A stretch of DNA of 64,000 nucleotides from Balanoglossus misakiensis (lineage: Eukaryota; Animalia; Hemichordata): the NCBI GenBank assembly GCA_040954595.2, contig CM082580.2, positions 13,566,242-13,630,241 of the forward strand. Direction: 5' to 3'. Every line of letters starts with the position of its first letter. Position 1 is the first letter of the stretch. The position numbers and the translations under genes were made by a program. Shown in pieces: positions 43,101 through 55,431 of the stretch. The notes below the pieces were generated by a model that was not told where the DNA came from, searched no databases, and saw only the letters and a program-made list of their open reading frames with translations.

Positions 43101-43397
43101 TGATTGAGGATTACTATCCAAACACAGGCCTTCTGTTATCATTGCTACGCTTTGCAGTGTGCATCGTGTCTTCTCTAACATCATGCCACTTTTTGCATGC
43201 CATGCTTTAATCCAAATCCCATTACATCTTCTTTAGCCAATATTTTTTCCACCATAGCTGCTTTTTATCACCAAAGCTAATAACTCATAAATTAATTGTT
43301 CTCTTGATTTCACAGACAACGCATGTTGCCATTGGCTCCCATAGGATCCGGCCCTATCTCCTATAGAAGGACTATTTCCATGCCAGCACACTCTTAA
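28117..43397 (+). CDS. NEK10: NIMA-related kinase 10 (ARM repeats, central kinase domain), more than 30 coding exons. First coding exon 28117-28181, next 32089-32149 and 32430-32563; kinase exons about 37654-39781; last exon 43316-43397. Probable non-coding first exon near 25700-25795
   Basis: ERNFSVHP, EWADRAP, LRVLICLRMFMRD, ACCAALTELVLND, AFRALRFLFSMERNR, GTGAFGSVYKV, HRDLTPKN, DFG, GTILYSCPE, EKKLERERKRTQR, RKVRQINDP, GITYEQMQ all match recalled NEK10. Start exon inferred from a phase-2 junction match. Confidence 0.95.
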
Positions 43398-44802
43398 CAT
43401 TAAAAAAAATAGCTGTCGGCTCCTGTTATATAAAAAATCTGGCTGAAAAATTTCATCTTTTTATCGACATTTACTGCATCCTTCTTTATAATTTTGCTGA
43501 ACATTTTTTTTTTCTATTTTTTTTAAATCTTAGCCAAAGAGCAAAGTTTTAGTGCTTCTCTGCATCTTGTACCTATTAATGCTTTTTAACATCCATTTGC
43601 GTAATTTTAAAAATATCATTGCTGTTCTAAGGTCTTGGTATAATTTTTCATCTTCAGAATATTCACTTGCCATACATTGTATTTCCAGGCCAAGTCAAAG
43701 TGTGGGGGGAACATCTGATTTTGATGTTGAAACATGAATGATTTTCTTTTGCTTTACTAATTCTACAAGATGGAACTCAGTTCAAGGGGCACATATTATG
43801 TTCCACATCTACCATTCCTGCAACATTTAAATCTTGTTTATGTACTGAAAGGCAAGTACATGTATGTGCACCTTGCTACTTTTTGAATCTGATGATAACT
43901 ACCTTGAAATTGCTGAATGATTGATGAGACTCTGCAAATATGAATGCGTCACTTTTAATTGAGAAACTGAAATCAGATTTGTTTGTGTGTGGTGTATTTC
44001 CATTGATGTCCAACAGACATAAAAAACATATTAGACAACTGTTTATTTACAGGACTTAGACTATCAGGGCACAGGTGATGTACTTACTAGTGAAATAAAA
44101 ACAAAATACCGTCCAGTTGTATTCTAGCTTTACGATGATGTATTTGCACAAGATAGAGATGCCAATTTATAGTAATTTATCTGGTGCTGAATGTAATCTA
44201 TCTATTTTTCTATGAAATGAATCACACCATGGACACAATGTGTTCATGCGTTGTGACTTGTAATGAATTTTTGGTCAATTGTAAATGGAATAATGATCAA
44301 AGTGCGTATTTAAGAAATGTTTGACAATTGTACAGTTGATGGGTAAAATCTTTGATATGTACATGTATGAGAGTGTCTTGTGCTCTGGATGTGTACATGA
44401 TTTTTGTTTTTTCATTTGAAATGTACATATAATTGTACACTCTGTCCACACATTTTGTGTAATTATTTGAAAGTATTGTACGTTTGTACTATTTACAAGT
44501 CTTCATCTGCTGAAGAATATGTAACCTTATGTATACTTGCTGTGTTGAAGAGAGAGTGGCATAAATAAAGAATAAAACACAAAGAAACTTTTGTCTGGTT
44601 GCTGTGTAAGGTGCAGTGCCACCTGAGATTGTTATGCCGTTCATTCCGAAGCTATTGGCTTTCCGTTTTGTGTTTGTTCATTTTAATATTGGACAAAGAT
44701 GACTCAAACAAGTCCAACTGAGAATAACAGGGTTTTATTCGATGCTCTGCTATCGTTTCAAAAACTCCATTTTTCCATATGAAGTAGTGGTGACTGGATT
44801 CA

Positions 44803-44952
44803 TCATGAAGAGATTTGACCTTGAGTGTTAAATTCATTTGAACTAATGTGTGGTGCTACAATGGCTCTTCCAGAAATCTCGCCCCTCTTCAATTTGTGCA
44901 TGAGTTTGGGGACATCTTCTAGCTTACACACAGTGTGGGGCAGCGGAGTTAT
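44803..44952 (-). CDS. Duplicated (distal, alternative) terminal exon of the MDR alcohol dehydrogenase
   Basis: Intact ttccag acceptor, phase 0, ITPLPHTVCKLEDVPKLMHKLKRGEISGRAIVAPHISSNEFNTQGQISS*; 30/37 aa identical to exon 45869-45756; own AATAAA at 44739-44734. Confidence 0.75.
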   Translation of the reverse strand: MTPLPHTVCKLEDVPKLMHKLKRGEISGRAIVAPHISSNEFNTQGQISS

Positions 44953-45755
44953 CTGGAAGAGAATGATGGAAAGAAATGGTGAATCTTCATTATCGGGCTC
45001 ACAACTCGTCAACAGCACCTGGTGTAAAACATGACCAATTACGAAGCAAACACTGCCTTTCTGTCGGCCAATTAATGATCTGAATGCATGCGAATGTGCA
45101 TAGAGATTTTCATTGGTCGAGGGTGACCACGAGCTGTGCATATAATTATACTTCACCAGGTGTTTTCACACATCGTAGACGCCAATTAATTCATTCGTGT
45201 CACCCCACTCACGATAGAAGCATCGTGTCGGATTACGACGATCTATTCAGTTTTCAAAATACGGGAGCAGAAAATTATGAAGACAAGTGCGGAAGACTTG
45301 TTGTGCCAGGATTTTGGAGAACTTCTCGGGAAAAATTGCAGGACTCTTCGTGGAAAGACACCGCCATTTCTTCAGGATTGTCGAAGTCCCGTCCAACAAG
45401 TACCAAGTAAGCATACACCACCTTCTAAAATTACTGATAAGATGGCATCTCTGCACATTGCTGTGACACTGACAGAGGCTGGATTTTCCGTGTGTATATA
45501 TGACATAAATATTCCTTTGTAAGATTAATACGTTTCTTCCATCAATACGGGGATATTTCCATGTCGGTTTAAATCAGTTATAACATATGTAAGTAATTCG
45601 ACTAGTTTCCGGTTTATTGGAAAATCTTACTGAATCAGCATTTTATTCAACGGGTACGGGTTATCTATGGGCAAAATGACAGGAATGTAATTCTGTATAT
45701 GATGTAGTCTTATACGGGAAGACAAATTCGATGTTTTCATAGAGCGCGTACATCC

Positions 45756-47976
45756 TTAATTAATGTGAGGTGTTACGATGGCTCTTCCGGCAATCTCCCC
45801 ATCTTTCAATTTGTGCATGAGTTTAGGGACATCTTCTAGTTTAACCAAAGTGTGCGGAAGTGGAGTTAACTGTAAGAGAAAGGAAAAAAAGTTAAAATGT
45901 TAGTTTGCAATTCTTATGTAAGAATCCATTTTGAAAGCGAGATGTGTCTGCATGATTAGAATTATTGGCAATCTCCCACTAATATTTTGAGATTTAGATT
46001 CTACCAATATTCATCATCCACATCAAATGTGAAACAAAATGAGTAGACGTAGTCTCTTACTTTCCCACTGGCTGCAAGGTCGATGACCTCTTTCATTTGC
46101 TGTAGACTTCCAACATAAACTCCTTGTATGCCAACGACACCTCTGACAATTGTCTCTATATTCAGCTGTACTTCGCCGCCATAAAGACCGATACAAATCA
46201 TAGAACCACCCTAAAATAACGACAGAGTAAGAATAAAGTAGTGCATTTTCCCTACATTTAAAATACTGTAAATTTTAGATACTAGTACTGGAAAACCTTT
46301 TGACTGCGGCCAGTCAAGGGGCTTTCCTACTGGACAGTTGTGCTTGAATGAGTTATATTACTCACGAATTTTCGTGCTTTGTATGCCATTTCAAAGCTTT
46401 GCTTGGTACCGACAAAGTCCAGAATTATGTGGGGTCCACCTTCATGAAATGCAGATTTTATTCTGTCGACCTTTTCATCTTCAGAATATTCCTTTTTCAA
46501 ATAAATTGTATTGTGACATCCGGCATCCTTGACCAATTGCAACTTGTTCTCCTGAAAAATAGACAGAAGTTCGTCGTTAACTGGCTGCTTCTGTTCTTCC
46601 AAAGCTATACGCATACCACTTGCGAGATGTGAAACTTACCAATTCATCTGCAACTAAAACTTCTACGTTGTCATACTTCGATATAACTAAAGCTTTCATC
46701 AGCTTTGTGGCATTTAGACCCAGTCCTCCAGCTCCAACGATGAGTATACCGCATTTATCTATGATTAAAATAGAATGACAAAAACGCAAAAGACGTTTAC
46801 ATGCGAAGAGAAACCCATTATGATATCAGATGACAAAAACGCAAAAGACGTTTACATGCGAAGAGAAACCCATTATGATATTAGATTTGGGGGAATACAG
46901 TTCAAAAAGGCTACCCGCTTTTATCAGATTGGAAGGTTTGAGACTATCATTTTATGGCGCTCGTCTGTTTCTGTGAGATAGAAAAAAAAGTGTTTACCTC
47001 TGAATGCGAGCACCGGGTCTATTTTAGGAATGGCTGCCTGAACAGCGTTGTAAGCAGTCAGAACTCCACATCCCAAAACCCCTGCTGCTTCGATTCCAAA
47101 TGAATCTGGTACTTTGATAAGAATATCCAATTGCGGCACCGCTACATACTCAGCATACCTGGATAACACGAAGGGGAGGTGTTGTACACTTTGTAGTATA
47201 CCCATTTTAGCAGCGGGGAGAAAACTCGTAAATTATGAAAATTTACGGACTTTTATAGTCGCTGTATTCTTAAATCCCGCATACTAATCTGCATGTTCCA
47301 ATATGAGATCGGACAACAGTAAGCATACAGTTGATATGCACGTTAGGCGATGTACACCGATACAAATATAGGAGAAAAGTAATGGTTTACCCTCCATCCA
47401 TTGTGAGACCAATGATTTTCTTATTTTGTGCTGGTTGGTCGCAGAAACTCATGTTTCCAAGGCGACAAGACTTGCATTTCGTACAACCAAGCCATGGGAA
47501 GACTGCCACCTGGTCTCCGATAGCAAGTGCGTCTGGATTGGACGCCAATTCACCAATGGCGTGGACGCTTCCCGCTATTTCATGACCTCCAATAAATGCT
47601 TTTTTAATTGGCCTCATCCATATGTGCACATCACTATGGCACATTCCCGCTGACAACACCTTTTATGATTTAATCAGAAATAGCACTTCAGTAAATTATG
47701 TCTGCGCGAAACCAGACAGAACTCGATATAACATTAGCTACATGTGTGAACAAGGTTGCTAATAATATAAGTAGAGGCGTGTTTAATTACTCATAGCCAT
47801 ATTTACTGAACCCTAACACAAAAATTCATCACGAAGTTGAAAGTCAAACGCGTTGATACCTTGATTATCGCGCCCTCCGGCGGCAAAGCTGGAAAATCAT
47901 GATCGGTGAGAAACTTCGGATCTGTCGGATAGGATTCTACGAATTTAACACATTTCATTTTTGGACAATCCGCCAT
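45756..47976 (-). CDS. Zinc-dependent medium-chain alcohol dehydrogenase (MDR), 371 aa with the proximal last exon. Exons 47976-47860, 47659-47391, 47158-46998, 46758-46640, 46551-46366, 46210-46061, 45869-45756
   Basis: GMCHSD, GHEIAG, structural Zn CTKCKSC...C, GGYAEY, LGCGVLTAY, Rossmann GAGGLG, DFVG, GRAIV; 1116 nt in frame. Confidence 0.92.
46775..46884. repeat. 55-bp near-perfect tandem duplication in ADH intron 3
   Basis: atgacaaaaacgcaaaagacgtttacatgcgaagagaaacccattatgata(tc/tt)ag x2. Confidence 0.9.
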
Positions 47977-48869
47977 TATTATTACTGTTTACCAGATTCC
48001 TGTTTGAAAGAAGTGAGAGATGAAAGCTTAAGTGACACTGCAAATCAGTGCTTCTCATCCTTCTATTAACAACGACTTTGCAATCATATCTGATCAGTTT
48101 CAAACCCTGAGACTGTGTTAACTTATGTTTGCAAAGTCTATGCCCTTCAACGTTAACTTCAGAGAATAGACTGCCCCACTTACAACCCTACAAAGAAAGC
48201 AAAGGTCGGCTGGGGTGTTTTTTTCACGCCTTTTTGTTATAATTACTGACTGTGACCTAAATAATACCAAGATAAAGTACCAAAGTCAAACTCGACTATC
48301 CAAAATCAATGTAAGCAGCCATAGAAACAGACAACACCCACCTCTCTCCAGAGTGAGCTGCAAGGGTCCCTGTGCTCCCCTCTTGTTTAGCAGCACCTAC
48401 AGTGGTGTACTTCGACCAATTTGCCCGGCAAGTCAAAGGTCTTAGAGTTATCGCGTGACCCAGCAAGCAAACAGTTGACAAGAATACACGCACAACATGT
48501 CATATGCAGAAAGCATGACCCCTAGGTTACCTTTAGTGTTTTGACCCACTTAAACATTTCCCCATCAGTTACAGCTCCGCCATAGTTGTAATGTTCGGGT
48601 TATTTTCATGGTTAAAGGGAACATGTTCATAAGACGGATTCAACAAATTTGACTTAGATCACCCAAGGGACCTTCACACCAGAGTTCAAAACAATTGTAC
48701 ACATGCATTGTTGAAGATAATTTTGAAGACTTTTATTGACCAAAAAATGCTGTGAAAATACAATATTGCAGATGCTGCCATGGCAGGAACTGTGGATATG
48801 TATACATGTAAATACACATTGAATAAGTTGTACAAATGATGATGATTAAACAGAGGATGCCACTGTGCA

Positions 48870-50939
48870 TCACTCCATAAGAGTCGGATCCCAACAATAA
48901 TGAGTCCCAATATGCAGTTTCTCCAGGTCTTCTATTTCATCCTGCGTCAGAGTGAAGTCCCAAATATCAATGTTTTCCTGTAAGCGATCTTCATTGACCG
49001 ATTTTGGTATAACACCTGCAGGAAAAATTCGGAATCTGAGGATCAGACAATGTATGCTCTTACTCTGCTTAACTATAGTAGCTTCTTTTTTTGTAACAGC
49101 GCCACCAACGGCAAACAGTTCAAACAGAATTGTCTTCCACACCAACATGATCATATATATACATGTGTACAGTATGTCAGATTTTACAAGAAAAGATCGT
49201 AGGTAGGTTAGCTTACCTATTTCCTGTTGAATAGCCCATTTTAGCAAAATTTGAGATACAGTCTTCTGATGTTTTCTGGCAATGTCCACCACTTTTTCAT
49301 TGGAACGAATCTGTGTGAAGAAATTGCATACTAAGGGATTTCTAATCTTTCTTAAACTCTCTATCAAATAAGCAGAAGTTACCCAAATTATTTTTGCAAA
49401 TACTGAGGATTTCACAAGTCATTTCTGGCAAGCGGTATGCATACTAGAAATCTGATCAGTTCTGATAGTTACCTCTTCTATTGCAATGGACCTGAATGCC
49501 TGTAGATGCACACTGTGTCTCTGGCACCATTCTAATAAATCCTTTTGTACCAAGTGGGGATGGTACTCTACCTGTGATCAGAATAAAACATAAATTACAA
49601 AACTTGTGATAATATCAAGACACATACAAGACAGACGTGCTGGCATGTGTGCTAGTCACTCCCACATCTGTACTGTATCCATGTGGGGAATAGGCTAGAT
49701 TTGTTGCACGATTGCTGATGGTTAAACACTTACTTGCAAGACAGCTGGTGTTATGGATGAGTAGGTTAACATGTCGTCTAAATGTTTGATGTTGTAATTC
49801 GACACACCGATGTTTTTCACCAAACCTGACGGACAGAAAAATGTAGTATAAATTAAAACATTAAAGCAAGCAAATATCAAACACATATCAGTTGCAAAGC
49901 AGTGAAGAAATCACCTCCTTATATGTAGTTCTCCTAATAACTCGGCTCAAATATAATTCAGGTGAACCAATAATTACACAAAAATTACCTTCTTTGACAA
50001 GCTTCTCCATGTCAAGCCAACTTTCCATTCTAAACTGTCTGTTTCTCACATCATGTGGTTTCAGTTTCTGTTTTCCCGGCCAGTGTATAAGATAGAGATC
50101 TAAGTATTCGCAGTCAAGTTTCTTGATTGATGCAAGACAGGCTTGATAAGCTAAGTGTTCACCCTGATCCTTGGGGCCTGTTGGGGCAAATAAATATGGG
50201 TGAGTTAGGGAGACCTACAATACAGGCACAATGTAGGTTAGAGTGACATAGCCTTGCAGCAAATACGTGATAACAAGGTATACATGCTTGTCAATGTTAT
50301 GAAAGAAATTAAGCACATTTCATTCCAACCTAGTTTACTTGTGATGAATACATCTTCCCTCTTCAGCCCATACTTGGGTAGGAGTTCTTTCAGACACTTC
50401 CCAATGTCTTCTTCATTTCTATAAACAGCTGCAGTATCTGCAGTAAAAAAATATCATGCTACCTTTGGTCAGTTTTGTTTCACTCTGTATCTAGGAAAAT
50501 CAAAGATACATTGTACAGATATGGAGACAACACTTAAATGGAGGATGACTAATACATGTGACATCACTTATACTGACAGGTTGTGCACATCAGACAAAGA
50601 GTATGATGGAGTGTACAAGGTTTTGTGTTTGACAGTTTCTTTTGTTTTTATGAGATGATATTATTACACCTACCAATTAATCTGTATCCAAGCTTCAGTG
50701 CAGAATCCAACATACTTTTCACTGTACCTGAACCAACTGCCTTGTGTGTCCCAACTAGAGTTGATAAGAGGAAAATCATACATTTACAGCTTTAGTGTTG
50801 AGTTCAATTTGTTAAGTTTTTGCACCAAAAGATAACCTGGAGGCTAGATGTCCTCGTGTGTGTTATGATGATTGTACTTACGTCCAAAGAGTGGCATTCT
50901 CAGACTAGTGTTAAGAGTAACATGTGGTATGTTAGCCAT
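48870..50939 (-). CDS. Aldo-keto reductase (glyoxal-reductase/AKR5-like), 288 aa. Exons 50939-50882, 50754-50674, 50437-50330, 50177-49989, 49825-49734, 49571-49473, 49310-49217, 49015-48870
   Basis: MPLFGLGT, GYRLIDTAAVYRNE, REDVFITSKL, YLDLYLIHWP (D-Y-K-H tetrad), IGVSNY, QVEYHP, VIPKS, YCWDP; 867 nt in frame. Confidence 0.92.
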
Positions 50940-53900
50940 GGCGATTGGTTATACTCAGATGGATCAGAAACATGCACAAGGTTTTCGGTTGCTTGATCAA
51001 CAATAATATAGCAGACTGCTTCACAATAACCTATGACCTTTGCCATGTGACCTATCACGTGACTCTTCTACAAAAGTATTACAAAACCCAGCGTGTGCCG
51101 TCTGCTGTTCCAGAAGGCGGACCTACCTCGGGTTTTCAGTGAAAACCCTCCGTACTTTCTGTTTTATGTTTTATGTGGATGTTCGCGACTGGAGGCAGAG
51201 GAGTTTTGTTGACGTACAAGGCGGAATCCCGTTGAAAAGGTGAGTCCGAAGGGTGAAAAGAAAATGCGGAAAAAACTCAGTCTTTTTAAGTTTTTGTTGA
51301 TGATACATTGAGAACAGATAATACATGTACATCAGCGTGAGATAATATTTTCGTTGTCGGGAAGGTCCACACCCAGTGCAGTACAGTGACATAACCGACC
51401 AACAGCTACTTTTATAACACCTTCCGACTTCCATCACAACTGCAAACATATTTTGTAAATGTGACATGTCATTGTCAATGGGATGGTCACATATGTGTAC
51501 GTGTGTATGTACTATGTGTGTGTGTATGCATGTATATTAATTCTTTACTCTTATATGTTACAATACAGAAATATGACACAGGTAACAAAAATAAGGCGTA
51601 ACCAGGTTGATGCATATAAATTAAGGAAGTGAAGTTGAGAAACTTTAGAAATTTTCTGTTCTAACTTCTATGGAATTTCCTAACTGGCTTGGACTTTGCT
51701 GATTTGTTGTTTCAGTTTCAAGTATGTTGAACTCCGTAATCCCAGCAGAAATATGACCTTTGAAAAGAACAGAACATGATCAGAAGTGTACTGCCCCACC
51801 CCATCTCTAATAATAATAATAAAATAACTTGGTTAGTTTTTGGGTTCCTCTATTTCCCAGGCTTACATTTTACTTCAGTTGGTTAGCTCAGCAAATTACA
51901 CTAATATTTAAATTTCTACTGAAGATATGCAGGTTGGGTTTTTTCAATGAACCTGAAGTTGTTTTTAAAGTACCAGTATTTGTTATAATTTTCATTTGTT
52001 TAATTTGCATCACAAATGCAAAATTTGCAGTTTGAGAGTTTTTTAAGCTCATTAGTTGATAAATGCATGTAGCAGTACAATATTGCTGTCATGTGAAAAT
52101 TGGTTAATATTACCGTACTCTATGTATAAATGCACATGCAACTCCATGTAAGCATTAATATTTATACCTTCTTGAAAGCCTAGTTCCTGAGGAAGTCACA
52201 TGACCCTCCTCATTTACATAATGTATTGAGAGAGCAAATGAATCTCTTGGCCTGTCTCCACTATAGAATGATCTTGTAGTCTTACAAGCCCTCTTGCCTT
52301 GTCTACTGCATTGCCGTCACTGGGAGTGTATCGCTGCCAGGCCTTTCGCTTTCTCTCCTGTCACATTCTATTCTCTGATTAGACAAGGTGAGAGATTCCA
52401 ATTCCTCTTTTCATTTTCCAATGTATTTTGATTGTGTCAGATGAAAAGACGGCTTTTGAATGGGAAAAGTAATGGAAGACAATCCCAGGGTAATACTCTA
52501 TCTACAGTAACATGGATTTTTTTTTCTCCTCTTGAAATGAGTGTCATCAGCTTTTGCGGGAGCTTGCTTCCAACATTGTCAGTGGATCATTACCCATGAC
52601 ACCAATTAGAAATTTACAAACAAAGAACAAGATTATTACCTCGTGTGAACTGGGTGAATTGAAACAATTAGTTCATCTATCTGTTGAGTATACTGCAAAA
52701 TGGGAGCCTTCAATTTCTGCGTCTCTGCCCAGAAATGAGAACAGGCCATTTTCTGCATCACTTATCACCATCTCTCCTGATCTTAGATCTGTAGCACTCT
52801 TGAAATACAGAACGCGTGATAATGTTTCTTGTGAAATGAATATCACTAAGAAAATCAGGCCAACAAATTTTCTGACTTTAAACTTGTTCCCTTTCATGCA
52901 TGATTGATAATTCTGCATATGTGTCACCAAGAATAATTAGATTTCCATGGTAACACATCGCAGCTGTCAAAATTGTTGCAATTTATCAGTGTCAATTTGT
53001 CTACACCAATAACACTGAACCAGACTTCAGCAAAATGAAAAATTTGCTCGTCAATTTCATTTGCCAAAATGCACAATGAATCAGAGTACATCAATGTGGT
53101 TTGACATTTATTCTCAAAACGTCAGTGTAATATATTGCAGTGGCATCGTAAAGCAGTCAATGCGCTGGTCTATTCAAGATACGCCTGTGGTCCAAAAATC
53201 ATTTCACATTATCATTGTTTCTGTCACCTCTGACTCTCCATCACATTGAATACACATTGAACGTTATTCTGGAGTCGTTAAGGAAATAAATCGGAAAGTG
53301 TACCCTAATTCCCAGCCCGCGGTATTTAGATGCCGAGATATTCATGCTGTTCTCTCTCGTATAATGAATCGACTGACTGCCATATGTTTTCTGTGTTCGG
53401 TCATCAAGTGTCAAATTTGCTCTATCATTTCATTATGTTTGGTGACATGTATTTTTTTGTGTTAAAGCAATACAAAAGAAAAAAATTGCAATTTTTATGT
53501 GTGAATATCAGATCATGAGTTGGTCAATATGTGAATTAAATTCATTAGTGTGTTTGTGCATTCAGGGAATTGGCGCATGTATGTAGCACAAGTAAATGAC
53601 ATCAGTATTTATGCCTGTCCGGATTGTACAAAGCAATATTCATCTCGTCTCCTCTGAGGCAACTGTATTCCTGGCAACTGGCTTAATCGCCTCATTTATT
53701 CACCCAAAACACAATTGAATACATCTTTCATTGTAACATAAATGAAGTCTCGTTTTATTACTTGGTATTTAAGTACAAGGCAGCACATATTCCACCGAAA
53801 AGATATAGACTAATTTAACTCAATTTAATTGCTGGACTTATTTTTCCATTGCAAAAGGGAAATCAGAACAGTCGAGTCATTTTGATGCTTTATGTGTCTG

Positions 53901-55431
53901 ATGGTTTAGCCTAGAATATGTTTTTCTATACATATTCTCTCCCAAACATGCTAAAACGTTTCATTCGAGACATGTACATACATGTCTGCCTGCCTTTTCA
54001 TAAATTTGATGGAAGTTATTGTCAACAATTTTAATTTATGATGGTCATAATTTTTTCTCACAATGTATTTTCCCTGCATGAAAATTATATTGTTAAACTG
54101 TTTCAAGGATAAGCTTGAAAAACCTATCTGGTACAGAAATGGGTTTACGTCATTTTGTGAACAGTGTCTTCTCTGACTGGGAACAAACAACAGCTCTGCT
54201 GTATTTTAACACTTCATGATAAATATTAACAAGCCATATAGATCAAGGTATTCTCCCCAAGCAAAGCAAACTTGCTGATCTGCCGCAAAATAAACATACA
54301 ATATTAGAACAGCCTCTGGTTGCCTAGCGATATGTTTAATTTGCAAGTACAGATTTCACAGACTTTGACTTGTCGTATGTCACTGTCTCAATAACAGACT
54401 TTTTGAAAAATCGAATGTGAGTACACAGCATTAGTCTTCACATGTCATCAGAGAATGACCCGCCCCTGTCGACAATCTGAGACAAATTGACTAAGATTTC
54501 AGTATCCTTCAGGAAATAATGATCATACATCGATTTTAATATGTTAATTTATGAAAACCCTAAGCCCTAGAGCGTTGTTGATAATCTGCATGATGAAGTC
54601 TGAGTGACCTCTCCTCATTTCTTTCCCATATATCGATTTATTACATACAGCTCCCCAGGGATTTTCCACTCCTTGGAAAGAGAGCCCCATTTGTGGTTTT
54701 TTGTCTGGAGGTTAAAAACTGAACCAATTCATTTGCTTCAAATGTATTGAACACTAACGCTTTACCAAATACGGGTGTATGCATTAATTCAACATTAAGA
54801 ATTCTTACAACCCAGGGTACGTCATGTAGATCTCCTAAAGCCATTATTTCTCTCTGAATTTTAACTGTCTCGAATTCATAAATCCTTTACTGGAAAGGCT
54901 GTTGAGCCAATTCTCCTTTAGGCTTTTGCATCTAGTCATGCAAGATTATTAATTCTGCCATATTTTAAGTAAATATCAGAAATATACACATGTATGTTTT
55001 ACGCAAAGGACAGTAAAATGTTTCATTCCCATTGGGAATTATTTTGAAATAAAACCAAGCTCCCAGAAATGAAATACTACATGTAGCTTGTTTTGTAAAA
55101 TCCACATTTCAATGAAATACATGTATGTACTTGTACGTGCATTTTTAATGACAATAGTGACAATTCAATATTTAAATATTTATTAATTCATAAGTCGTGT
55201 TATTGGATCAGGTTTCATCCAGAGCTTTCTCCAATATCCAGGTCCTGAGTGGAAAGAATTTGAGACACTCCAGTAAAATACTTTGCTCACGGACACTGCA
55301 CTGGGTTCATCATCTTCTGGCGTGACCTCATCTTTGTTCTTGCCACTTGAAAGATGACTGGCTTCCAGAATTCACCGTTTTGTTTTGTTTTTATCTTACA
55401 GTGCATCCATCTTTAGACTAGCGCTGTCAAG

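Noticed and set aside
52554-52930. Overlapping 117-aa (+) and 85-aa (-) ORFs in the presumed first intron of cytochrome b561
   Set aside because: No recognisable motif and no convincing in-frame splice partners.
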